Assembly (NCBI RefSeq): GCF_965216415.1
Contig: NZ_CBDCFU010000001.1
From: Marivita sp.
GTDB taxonomy: Bacteria; Pseudomonadota; Alphaproteobacteria; Rhodobacterales; Rhodobacteraceae
Length of the DNA: 64,000 bases
Strand: one strand, 5' to 3'
Part shown: positions 31,736 through 41,151 of the stretch, one piece after another
Numbering within the stretch: position 1 is the first letter of the stretch
Layout: each line of letters opens with the position of its first letter
Program-made: the position numbers and the translations under genes
The notes under the pieces: generated by a model
Seen by the model: the letters and a program-made list of their open reading frames with translations, nothing else
Database searches by the model: none
What the model was told of the DNA's origin: nothing

Positions 31736-31766
31736 GAGTTCGTGCCCAATCTTTGAGGAGTGACGC

Positions 31767-32990
31767 ATGTTCGACGGTGGATTTTTCGCAACTTGGGCCG
31801 AAGCCACGAAGACCGCCTTTGGTTTTTTCTGGAAATCGGGCTGGGCTTTTGTTCTGGGTTATGCCGTAAGCGCCATGATCCAGGCATTCGTGCCGAAAGC
31901 AAAGCTGACGCGGTTTATGGGTGGAGCCGACGCGCGTTCTGTTGCGCTCGCCACAGTGTTCGGCGCCGCATCGTCTTCTTGCTCGTTCGCCGCACTCGCG
32001 ACAGCGCGATCTCTCGTTCTGAAAGGCGCCCACTTTGCTGCGGCCGTCGCCTTCATGTTCGCATCGACCAATTTGGTAATCGAGTTAGGCATTCTGATCC
32101 TGATCTTTCTCGGATGGCAGTACCTTTTGGCTGAAATCATCGGCGGGCTCATCCTGATCCTCATCTCGAGCGTGCTGATCCGCCTGACCTATCCGCGCAA
32201 CTGGCTCGAAAGTGCTCGCGAGAAGGTGGAAGAGGAAGGCAGCGCGGAAGAAAACGATTTCGACTGGCGTGAGCGCATAGCATCGAAGGAAGGCTGGCAA
32301 ATGGTCGGGATGAACTTCGTCCACGATTGGCAGATGGTCTGGAAGGAAATCTTGATTGGTTTCACCATAGCGGGTTTCGTGGCGGCGCTTGTCCCTGCAG
32401 AGTGGTGGGCCGCCATTTTCCTGACGGGATATCAGGATGAGCTTCCCGGCTGGGTGATCGCGTTAGAGAACGCTATGGTTGGACCCTTCGTCGCTGCGGC
32501 CACTTTCATCGGGTCCATGGGGAATATCCCACTTGCGACCGTTCTGAACGCCAATGGCGTGCTGTTTGCCGGAATCATGGGATTCATCTATTCGGACTTG
32601 ATGGTTCCACCTCTCGTCGCGGTTAACGCCAAGTACTATGGTCTGCGCGTCGCGCTATATATTGCTGTAGTCATGTATGTGAGTATCGTTGCAACCGCGT
32701 TGATCCTGACCGGCAGCTTTGAATTGCTCGATCTAGTACCTGAAAGTGGCAGAGCCGTCACTGACGTCGTGCAGTTCAAGATTGATTACACATTCTGGAT
32801 GAACTTGGTCTTTCTTTTCGTTGCAGCGGTCTTGGTCTGGTTGTTCCGCGGTCACATTCGCCAGCACGGGCACATGCACCACGATATGGAAGGAGACGGT
32901 CCTCTCAAACGCGGTGCCGCTCTCGTTGCGATGGCGGTTCTTGCGATCGGTCTCGTCGCTCTTGCACTGCATGGGTGGTCCGTTTCCTGA
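31767..32990 (+). CDS. Predicted permease (DUF318/ArsP-like) with His-rich C-terminal loop
   Basis: 'ASSSCSFAA', 'FMFASTNL', 'FIGSMGNIPLA'; HIRQHGHMHHDM; GAGGAG RBS. Confidence 0.82.
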   Translation: MFDGGFFATWAEATKTAFGFFWKSGWAFVLGYAVSAMIQAFVPKAKLTRFMGGADARSVALATVFGAASSSCSFAALATARSLVLKGAHFAAAVAFMFASTNLVIELGILILIFLGWQYLLAEIIGGLILILISSVLIRLTYPRNWLESAREKVEEEGSAEENDFDWRERIASKEGWQMVGMNFVHDWQMVWKEILIGFTIAGFVAALVPAEWWAAIFLTGYQDELPGWVIALENAMVGPFVAAATFIGSMGNIPLATVLNANGVLFAGIMGFIYSDLMVPPLVAVNAKYYGLRVALYIAVVMYVSIVATALILTGSFELLDLVPESGRAVTDVVQFKIDYTFWMNLVFLFVAAVLVWLFRGHIRQHGHMHHDMEGDGPLKRGAALVAMAVLAIGLVALALHGWSVS

Positions 32991-33314
32991 ATAATTACGC
33001 GCGACATCCAAGTTCCCCAACGAAACAATTCCCGTAAGTTTTTTGCGGACGGCGGCGCAGTTTGATTGAATGCAGCGGAGAGTTCCGGCTCATTCGAAAC
33101 GAATATGCTTGAGCGCCTGATAGCGACCGTATCTGGTACGGCAGTCGCTCGACAGAAGTACGCCTTGGCCCTTTTCTGCTCGGAGCAGCCGCTCGCGGCA
33201 GCAAGGCTGTCATGCGTTCGAGCGTACTAGCCGACATGCGCGGGACGAACGACCCTTGGTCGCGCAGATTGCTAGGAATATGCGCAGGCGCAGCACAATT
33301 CAAATTTGCTCAGC

Positions 33315-33338
33315 GAGAGGCAGAGAGGCAGAGAGGCA
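33315..33338 (+). repeat. 8-bp tandem repeat (GAGAGGCA)x3
   Basis: gagaggca-gagaggca-gagaggca read directly. Confidence 0.8.
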
Positions 33339-33650
33339 GAAAAGTCCGCAAAATGCTGAAGTATGTGCGACGGCCATTGCTTCATTCTTTGGGTAATAGG
33401 GGAAGTTTGCACCGCGATCGGCGCGTTCGACATTGCGTTTGGATGACGCTCACGACAGTGTCTGAACTTCGACGCGCCATCGCAACCAAAGCACGAAGCA
33501 TGCCTTCTGGAGAACTTGACGCCGAGCGAATTCGCGGCCCAACTGAACAAAAATGAAAGGTCGCATGACAATCCGGCCAAATATGGGCTGTGCCCCGAAC
33601 CCGCAGCGCACCAACCATCAAACCGGACCAACCAATAAGAGCGTGGCAGA

Positions 33651-33676
33651 GGAACCAACGAACAGTAGCCCACGTT
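33651..33676 (+). promoter_or_regulatory. Sigma-EcfG-type promoter with no adjacent ORF
   Basis: GGAAC-N17-CGTT about 360 nt upstream of the SLC13 start. Confidence 0.55.
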
Positions 33677-34038
33677 ACTTAACTAAGCCATCGGACGTGT
33701 AGGCAGGTTTAGGAAGATAGACAGATTGCGCAATCAGCGGAACCAAAACAACTGAAGACGGCAAAGCACTCTGCGCGACCTGAATTTTTTCGCCTGTACC
33801 ACACGGAGAGTTATGCGGACCAAGCCCGTCTGACATGATCCGTACCATGCTCCGCGGCCCGTAACGAGTACCGAAAATCGTGCGTTGCAGGAGCTTTTAA
33901 TTTGGCCCATGTCAGGAGAATGCCCAATCGTACCCCTGCAGATACGCAAAATAGCGAGACGCCTCCTGACACGCGGTGAGAAATCATCTTCTATTACGGG
34001 ATCCGAAGATCCTATCCACGAACTACAGGCATACTAAC

Positions 34039-35829
34039 ATGACGAACATTCTGCCCATGATGCATGCCTTTACAAGCGAGTATCAGGCGTTCATCGCTCT
34101 CGCGCTTATCGTTGCGCTATTCTCGGTCATGTTTTTGGAACTCTATCCGCCAGAAGTATCGGCCGCTGGCTTTGCTGCCGTTTTCGTGGCGCTTGGTTAT
34201 GTCAGCCCGGATGAATTACTGGAGGTCTTCTCCAATCCTGCGCCGCTCACCATAGGCGCGATGTTCGTGCTCTCTGGAGCATTGGTCAGGACCGGCGTCC
34301 TTGAGGCAATTTCAAATGTCGCGATTTCCCAAGTGCAAACCCGGCCATACATCGCGCTTGGCATGATCTTGGGGGTCACGATGGTGACCTCGAGTTTCGT
34401 AAACAATACCGCTGTGGTTCTTGTGCTCATTCCGGTGGTTATCCGATTGGCCGCTGCGCTGGACATCGGGCCGACTCGTCTACTTATGCCACTGTCCTAT
34501 GTGGCTATACTCGGTGGGACCTGCACGTTGATCGGTACCTCCACAAACCTTCTGGTGGATGGCGTAGCCCGCGATCAGGGGCTGGAAGCATTCGGCATAT
34601 TCGAGATGACGCCCGTAGGCATTCTTGTGGCCATTGCCGGTGCGCTGACGCTTGCGCTGTTGGGTCGTTTTTTGCTGCCAGACCGGGATGGCAGCGATCC
34701 TGACCAGATGCTTGGAGAGACGCATTTCTTGTCTGAGGCGGTTATTGGGGAAAAGTATGCAGGGCAGCGCCTATGCGAAATCAATCCCTTTAACCGATCG
34801 GGCGTGCAGATCATCGCGTTGCACCAAGATGGCAAAGTCTGGAGAGATTCTCCGGGGGATCGAATTGTCGCAGAAGGTGACAAGGTGATACTGCGCGCGC
34901 CCACCTCGGAACTCCTGACAATGGACGAAGACGCGGATCTCATGTTGGGTTTGAGCGGTACCGAGATGCGAGACGACGACCTAGTGACAGTCGAGGTTGT
35001 AGTTTCTCCCCACAAAGCAACCACGAGACGCAAGTTGCGCGGCATGGCGCTTGGGCAGCGATTTGGAGTGCGGGTGCTGGGAGGCTCTCGTCCCGGTCGG
35101 GAGCTGAACTCGGCGCTGGGAGAAATGCAATTGCGTCCTGCCGACAAGCTTCTGCTGGAAGGTCCACCTGAAGCATACCAAATGCTGGAGGACGAGGCCG
35201 AACTGGTCTCGGTCAGCCGACCGACTGGCCGCGCCTTCCGTCGCAGGCGCGCCCCGCTAGCGCTAATCGCCATGGTCGCGGTAATCGGCTTGGCAGCCTT
35301 CGGCTTCTTCGATATCGCGACGCTGGCCATTCTCGCGGTCAGCGCCAGCCTTGTCTTCCGCTGTATAGACGCCGACGAAGCCTGGAACTCGGTCGACGGG
35401 TCGATTCTTGTGCTGATTTTCGCCATGCTCGTCATCGGCCGTGGTATGCAGCAGACTGGTACGGTCGAATTTCTTGTCGACCAACTCTCTTGGATGATTT
35501 CCGGGTTCTCGCCCTTTTTTATGCTGTTTTCTGTCTACCTTTTGGCCTCGGTGCTTACAGAAACAGTCACCAATAACGCAGTGGCGGTTGTTTTCACGCC
35601 GATTGCCATCGGTTTAGCCGACACCACAGGTCTCGATCCGCGCGCACTGACGTTGGCCGTGATGTTCGGCGGTTCGGCCAGCTTTGCCACGCCGATCGGC
35701 TACCAGACCAATACACTGATCTATGGCACTGCCAATTACCGTTTCGCAGATTTCCTTAAGATCGGTCTGGTGATGAATTTGGTGACGGCTGTTGCGGCTT
35801 GCGTTGGGATCATGTGGATGTTTTCCTGA
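34039..35829 (+). CDS. SLC13/DASS-family permease with central TrkA-C domains
   Basis: 'SSFVNNTAVV', 'ILGGTCTLIGTSTNL', 'SFATPIGYQTN'; start could also be 33976 or slightly downstream. Confidence 0.88.
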   Translation: MTNILPMMHAFTSEYQAFIALALIVALFSVMFLELYPPEVSAAGFAAVFVALGYVSPDELLEVFSNPAPLTIGAMFVLSGALVRTGVLEAISNVAISQVQTRPYIALGMILGVTMVTSSFVNNTAVVLVLIPVVIRLAAALDIGPTRLLMPLSYVAILGGTCTLIGTSTNLLVDGVARDQGLEAFGIFEMTPVGILVAIAGALTLALLGRFLLPDRDGSDPDQMLGETHFLSEAVIGEKYAGQRLCEINPFNRSGVQIIALHQDGKVWRDSPGDRIVAEGDKVILRAPTSELLTMDEDADLMLGLSGTEMRDDDLVTVEVVVSPHKATTRRKLRGMALGQRFGVRVLGGSRPGRELNSALGEMQLRPADKLLLEGPPEAYQMLEDEAELVSVSRPTGRAFRRRRAPLALIAMVAVIGLAAFGFFDIATLAILAVSASLVFRCIDADEAWNSVDGSILVLIFAMLVIGRGMQQTGTVEFLVDQLSWMISGFSPFFMLFSVYLLASVLTETVTNNAVAVVFTPIAIGLADTTGLDPRALTLAVMFGGSASFATPIGYQTNTLIYGTANYRFADFLKIGLVMNLVTAVAACVGIMWMFS

Positions 35830-36439
35830 CCACGGCCACTGACCGTTGTCAGAGGGAAACAGTCGCTTATGACGGCCGATTGGCGCGTCACTCACATGCA
35901 GTGAAGGCGTAGCCATGACCTTGATCCGATTGATCACTGAAGTCAGCCTGTTCAAGGCTCTACCCTACAAATCAAGCAGCGTATTGTCTGGAGCGTCGGC
36001 GCCTATGTTCGCTCTGAAGATGAAATGGAAGACGATCATCAAACTCCGAGACCAGGATATGTGCCATCAGATCTAGCCCCGTTGTGCTGCCGGTGTCCGG
36101 CCGAGAAAGCATCCAAGCTCGCGGATCTTTTGATCCAGACAGAAGCGTTGGCTATATCAGTATAGCAGCTTTAGGCGGTCACCCTAATGGCCATGGCCCC
36201 AAAGATCGCGCTGCCCACCGCCCCCTCGCTCCTAAAGTTCTGCGCTAAGGCAGAGAGTCCCGCGATTCCCTTCCTCATGTTGATCGCGCAGCACGCCGGA
36301 TAGACCGGAGCACCTGTGACGGAACCGATCAAGCGCCCTTTCTACCACTCAGCGATGTAGTGTCCTCCGAAGTGTTCGATTTTATTGCCATATCTCCGGT
36401 ATTCAGCACGGAAATCCGCGCTCCGAAGACCAATTTACG

Positions 36440-36670
36440 TCAACCGGCGCCAACGGGTGACGCCGCCCAGGGCCAAGCAATGGCCAGCAAGCCAAGCCAG
36501 AAGAAGAAAAGAAGCAATACGGCGAGCCCGGCTGCCGTGGCGCTGGTCGCGTAGCGATAGCCGCCGCCGTAGCGGTAAGGCCAGCGCTCGTAGGTGTAGG
36601 GCCAAGTTGGCCAAGCAAAAACCGTCACTAGCAGGAGTAACATGAAAAACCAGAAGAAGAAGTCAGCCAT
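36440..36670 (-). CDS. Small aromatic-rich two-TM membrane protein
   Basis: Strong AAGGAGG RBS; two hydrophobic helices flanking WPTWPYTYERWPYRYGGGYRY. Confidence 0.7.
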   Translation of the reverse strand: MADFFFWFFMLLLLVTVFAWPTWPYTYERWPYRYGGGYRYATSATAAGLAVLLLFFFWLGLLAIAWPWAASPVGAG

Positions 36671-36723
36671 TTTTTGTATCCTCCTTGTATTCAGTAATCT
36701 TCGCGGCGTGAACGGATCATCAG

Positions 36724-37263
36724 TCAGGACCCACCCGTCTCTTTCACGTCGCCGAACGCTTTCTCAAGTTCAGCCATATCGCTGTAGCGGCGATCTGGAA
36801 GGCAGGAGATGAGATCCATTTCATGATCGTTGGCCTCGCCACGCGCGTGGGCTGTCAACTCCTCGACGGAGGCCGGAAATTCGATGCCGGAAAAGAGGCT
36901 CGCGAAGCGCGCCGCCGAAAGTGACTTGGAGTGCATGGCAGCATTGCCACCACGGATGCTGGGTTTGTCAGTCGGTTTGTCTTCGCGGGCGCGCAGACCC
37001 CCAAAGGCCCGCGCAACGTCAGCGGCATCCCGATATTCACGGTCAGGTAATGCTTCCAATATATCGGCGATCTCGTCCGCACCGTTGTCTCGCGCATGCT
37101 CAACCAGCGCATCCCGAGTCGCTGGATAAGCTATTCCAGACAAGGACCCTTCGAGATCGGCCGCCGAGGGCGCACGCTCTGGATGTGACGTCTGCATGTG
37201 ACGGCGATATTCCGAGAGCGTGCCAAATTCGGCGCCGCAGATATCACAACGGTGCTGGGCCAT
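36724..37263 (-). CDS. C2H2 zinc finger fused to two DUF2795 domains
   Basis: C-x2-C-x3-F-x5-Y-x2-H-x4-H at N-terminus; two 'YPA/FPA...L...A...LPDR.Y' repeats. Confidence 0.8.
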   Translation of the reverse strand: MAQHRCDICGAEFGTLSEYRRHMQTSHPERAPSAADLEGSLSGIAYPATRDALVEHARDNGADEIADILEALPDREYRDAADVARAFGGLRAREDKPTDKPSIRGGNAAMHSKSLSAARFASLFSGIEFPASVEELTAHARGEANDHEMDLISCLPDRRYSDMAELEKAFGDVKETGGS

Positions 37264-38258
37264 CAGCGCACCTCTCCGACAGCTTTGGTCACATCGGCCA
37301 TCGTTTCGAACTGGCGGTCCGGCATGGTCTTGATCAGGTCAACAACCTCTTCTGGAGCGTCATTATCGCGCGCCTGCCGAGCAAGCGTGGCACGGTCGGA
37401 TGGAAACGATACTCCCTTGAGCGCGGAAGTCACTCCAGCTGCAGAGTCGGTTTTTGCTGCAGCTGGTCCGCCGAGCCGACCACCTTTGCTGCGGTCGCCC
37501 TCGGATTCCACCGGCTCGGCCTCGCCGGTCGCCGAGGCGAAGTTGCCATTTTCCAACGGATCGTCGGGCCAGTTATCCCGATCCAGTCCGAAAGTCTCGA
37601 ATGGGTCGACCTTGCCGTTGGACCCTATTTCGATGGGGTCGGTCTCCGGCTCGGCACCAATCAAGACCAGCTGTGCATTCTCGTAGTCCAGAAGGCGCGA
37701 GTCCGATATGTTGATCCACCGCTCATCCGCAAATTTCTCGAACAGTTCTTTGGGATAATCCGGCTCTGCGTCTGGGAATCCCGGCACATTGATCGAAGGA
37801 TTTCTCACCGAAATGACATAGCGTGCTTCATTCTGAATATTCAGAGCCTTTTGCGCCGCACCAATGTTTTTTGGAGCGTTTAGTCGATAGGCGAGTTGTG
37901 TGGAGCTGTCGCGCGAAGCGATCACGTAACGACCAAAAGCAACGGGGATAGCCTGCGGCGTCTGACGCTCGCCGCGCGTCTTGGTTTCATACTCAACTGG
38001 GTGCAGCGCTTTGCCAAGCTCTGTCGGCGTGCCAACCTCGGACAGTAGAAGCCAATGCCGCTCTGACGGGTCCGATTCTCCTGGTATGATTTCCGGCATT
38101 AGCTTGCGGCCCACAATGAACAGCCGAGCCTTTTTCCGTTCGTCAGGAACCAGCGCTAGATACATCCTTTGCAGATCGTCCACTTCCGAAGGCGTATCAA
38201 TGTCGATCTTTGCCCTATAGAAAAAGTGAATTTCGCCAGTTTCGATAATCTTAGTCAT
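37263..38258 (-). CDS. Conserved hypothetical protein with C-terminal DUF2795 domain
   Basis: N-term 'ETGEIHFFYRAK...LQRMY'; C-term 'LKGVSFPSDRATL...MPDRQFETMADV'; GGAGG RBS; TGATG overlap. Confidence 0.75.
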   Translation of the reverse strand: MTKIIETGEIHFFYRAKIDIDTPSEVDDLQRMYLALVPDERKKARLFIVGRKLMPEIIPGESDPSERHWLLLSEVGTPTELGKALHPVEYETKTRGERQTPQAIPVAFGRYVIASRDSSTQLAYRLNAPKNIGAAQKALNIQNEARYVISVRNPSINVPGFPDAEPDYPKELFEKFADERWINISDSRLLDYENAQLVLIGAEPETDPIEIGSNGKVDPFETFGLDRDNWPDDPLENGNFASATGEAEPVESEGDRSKGGRLGGPAAAKTDSAAGVTSALKGVSFPSDRATLARQARDNDAPEEVVDLIKTMPDRQFETMADVTKAVGEVR

Positions 38259-38446
38259 TTTGGCCTCCATTAAGGCGAAGAGCGCCGACACTCACGTTGT
38301 GGGCCGTATTGATCAAACGGACGTCGTGCACTGGACCAATTCGACATTTCTATTCACCAGGTTTTGTTCGCCTTCGTCGTGCGGGAACACGATCTTTCAA
38401 TATTGGCTAGCAGAATATCTCGCTTATTCGCCTTCCTTTGGTGAAA

Positions 38447-38472
38447 AACATCGCGGTTCGCATTAAGGTTCC
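38447..38472 (-). promoter_or_regulatory. Sigma-EcfG-like promoter of DUF2795 operon
   Basis: GGAAC-N17-TGTT, about 190 nt upstream of start. Confidence 0.45.
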
Positions 38473-38590
38473 AAGAAATATGTTTCTGGATGCTGATCGC
38501 TTGAAAAGCGGCAGTTTTTGCCTGCAGCCAGTCGTCATTTGACACAGCCAAGAACGCTGAGGCCCTCAACGCGATGAGTTTGGTTTGGGT

Positions 38591-38616
38591 GGAACCATAC
38601 CGAATAGTAGCACGTT
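38591..38616 (+). promoter_or_regulatory. Sigma-EcfG-type promoter of PRC-barrel gene
   Basis: GGAAC-N17-CGTT. Confidence 0.72.
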
Positions 38617-38649
38617 TCCATCTAAACCCGTTTATAAAAGGAGTTTGAT

Positions 38650-39393
38650 ATGAGACCGTTCAACATCGCCAAGACCGCAACTAGCGCATTCGCACTCGTT
38701 CTGGCAGTTCCAGCCGCAGCGCAGGACAATGAAGAAGTCGAGGTACTAGCTAACTGGAGTTACACTTCGCTCTATTCAGACGGTTGGAGCGTCGAAAACG
38801 TGTTTGCCATGACCGAAGCCGTTGGTGCGAATGGAAACGAAATTGGCGACGTCGAGAATGTCATCTTTTCCAATGATGGCCAGGTGCTCGGTATCATCGC
38901 CGAGGTCGGTGGCTTTTGGGACATACTGGACACGCATGTGTTTGTTCCTTGGGACGAGGTTACTCGCGAAAGAGGAATTGAGCAGATGCGAATTCCGGTG
39001 ACAGAAGAGACAGTCGATGACTACGACGTATTCGGCGGTTACTCACTTGACGAGCAGACCATCAACAGTGCCGATACCAATTCCACGCAGCAGGTCGATG
39101 ACGATCTGGCCGCTGGATCAAACATCTTCAAGGCGACTGATTTGATTGGGGACTACGCTTATCTCTCTGACGGTGCGCGGTATGGCTACATTGCCGACTT
39201 GATCGTCCAAGACGGGGAAATCTCTTCGATTGTGACCGACGCTGCCGCCTACGGTCGCAGCGGCTACTATGCTTATCCTTATGCCTACCGTGGCGATATG
39301 AACAACGGCTACAGACTTCCCTACGATCCAGTGGAAATCGATACGCTTGAGACCTTTGATTACGAACGGCTTCAGTCTCGCGGCAATCCTTGA
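38650..39393 (+). CDS. Secreted protein with two PRC-barrel domains
   Basis: Signal peptide; 'GNEIGDVENVIF...VGGFW...VPW' and 'GYIADLIV'; AAGGAG RBS. Confidence 0.78.
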   Translation: MRPFNIAKTATSAFALVLAVPAAAQDNEEVEVLANWSYTSLYSDGWSVENVFAMTEAVGANGNEIGDVENVIFSNDGQVLGIIAEVGGFWDILDTHVFVPWDEVTRERGIEQMRIPVTEETVDDYDVFGGYSLDEQTINSADTNSTQQVDDDLAAGSNIFKATDLIGDYAYLSDGARYGYIADLIVQDGEISSIVTDAAAYGRSGYYAYPYAYRGDMNNGYRLPYDPVEIDTLETFDYERLQSRGNP

Positions 39394-39413
39394 TGTGATG
39401 GCGGTTCGATAGA

Positions 39414-39440
39414 CCGACAGGCCTCATTGAGGCCTGTTGG
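39414..39440 (+). terminator. Hairpin after PRC-barrel gene
   Basis: ccgacaggcctca-t-tgaggcctgttgg near-perfect inverted repeat. Confidence 0.55.
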
Positions 39441-39888
39441 GTCAGCAATTTTCAAGCCGCCGAACTTTCTAGTTTGAACATTATAGTGTCGAGAGTTGGA
39501 CGTTCGCCGGTGCGAGCAGTTTTTTGAGCAGCATCCTGCTCAACTGCCAATGTGGGCAGTTTACCTGCACGGCGGGCTTGAAATCCCAAGCTGCAATTCG
39601 TCTGTGTTGAGGTCATGAAGGTAGAGGTTGCCACCATATGGTGAGCCGAGGTCCGTAGGTACGGCGCATATGGGCTCGGCAGTGACCACCAAGAACGTCT
39701 GCAAGCGAGAGCGTTCAGAGGCGCCTCAAAGATTGCGGCCTGTCATTTCGTAAGCGTAGCAACACTTCGTTTAAACGGTTTAGGGGGTATGCCTCGGAGG
39801 TTCATCCGATTGCACTCGGTCGCGGCGGAGTGGATCACGTGCTCCCCGAGGTTCGCCTCCTTGGCTTGCTCTACAAATAACATACTAA

Positions 39889-40037
39889 CAGGCTGCTGAA
39901 AAAGGTTTGGCGGGCGCACTTCTCGTCTTGCTCGTCAGTCCCCGACACGATCCATTTTCGTCAGCTCGACGAGCGGGTCCAAAAAATGACGCACTTTCGG
40001 GTCGAAAAGCCTCTGCCCGGAATTTTTCAGCAGCCTG
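39889..40037. mobile_element. 149-bp MITE with 15-bp perfect TIRs and CTAA target duplication
   Basis: CAGGCTGCTGAAAAA...TTTTTCAGCAGCCTG flanked by CTAA at 39885-39888 and 40038-40041; no ORF. Confidence 0.85.
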
Positions 40038-40381
40038 CTAAGACGTTATTCTGTCTGATTTACGGTATCCTGCCCGATCTCAGAAGTGCTAATGTGAGGC
40101 AAGCAACGAGCTGCAGAACATTTCCGGCACTAAATGGGCATCGGCGCTAGAGCTCCTCAAATTTCTCCCCCGTTACTCGCAAGAATTTTGGAAAATAGAG
40201 GAGTTCTTCAGTGAATACTCGATCGATCACACTGGAGCCAAGTAAGCAGAATTCAACCTAAAACGGTCCTGTGCCTTGTTCGGGTTACGGATTTTCCAGC
40301 ATTGACGCAGTTCATCCAAAAACAGCACACACCAAATTCTTCTATAGGCGCTGATCTCTGACAAGATTCGTCCAGAATTAT

Positions 40382-41143
40382 TTACGAGTTGTCCTTGCGA
40401 TCCTTACTTTGCTCTTTCGATTTTTCTTCCGCGTGCTCGCGCTTCGCTTGGTCATGTGCGGCCTCGTCTGCCTTCCTTCGATCTCGCAACTCTTTAAGCC
40501 GGCTATCTTTGCCGTAGACAATCAACCTGTCACCTGCACCAGGCTCGTCCTTAGTGGCCGGGGCGCCGAGGAAATTCCCTTCCTTTCTTTCTATCCCAAG
40601 AACCTTCACCCCCTCGTCTTCAAGATCCAGTGCCTCAATCGAACGCCCGGAAAGCCAGCTGTCTTTCTCGACTTCAATAACGGCTATTTGCCAGTCCTTC
40701 TGAAGACGTAATAGTCCAGCGTAATCCCGCAATTCCAATGTCGTGAAACGTTGAAGACCGCGCCGGATAATCGGCGTTGCCCACCTGCTAAGGCTGTCAG
40801 ACCGCGCCAATAAGATGATCCCTGCACATCCTATAAGTAGCCCAATGAGCTTCTGCAAAGCGTTCTCTTCCGGCGTTACGAAGGTCAAGACGGCTGTCGC
40901 GATAGTCGATACCGCGCCTACCGAGCCCGCACGTATCAACAACATTATGACGCGTCGCCTTGCCGTTTCTACCAGCACGCTCTCCGCCTCGGAGGTCGTG
41001 TATCCGGCACCAGAAAATGCTGAAAGTGCTTGAAAACGCGCAATTTCTTCGGATAGCCCCGTCATGACCAACGCAATTGTACCCAACCTTACTACAAAGA
41101 GAGACAATGCAATAATGACGAGAAATGAAGCCAGCGCGGTCAT
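40382..41143 (-). CDS. Membrane protein with C-terminal TrkA-C (RCK_C) domain
   Basis: 'ARFQALSAFSGAGYTTSEAE...RRRVI' and 'GVKVLGIERK...GDRLIVYG'. Confidence 0.82.
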   Translation of the reverse strand: MTALASFLVIIALSLFVVRLGTIALVMTGLSEEIARFQALSAFSGAGYTTSEAESVLVETARRRVIMLLIRAGSVGAVSTIATAVLTFVTPEENALQKLIGLLIGCAGIILLARSDSLSRWATPIIRRGLQRFTTLELRDYAGLLRLQKDWQIAVIEVEKDSWLSGRSIEALDLEDEGVKVLGIERKEGNFLGAPATKDEPGAGDRLIVYGKDSRLKELRDRRKADEAAHDQAKREHAEEKSKEQSKDRKDNS

Positions 41144-41151
41144 GCGAGTAA

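Noticed and set aside
31560-31740. Possible IS3 fragment ('IVDQGSKSTSR')
   Set aside because: Short partial match, overlapping a promoter; no ends seen
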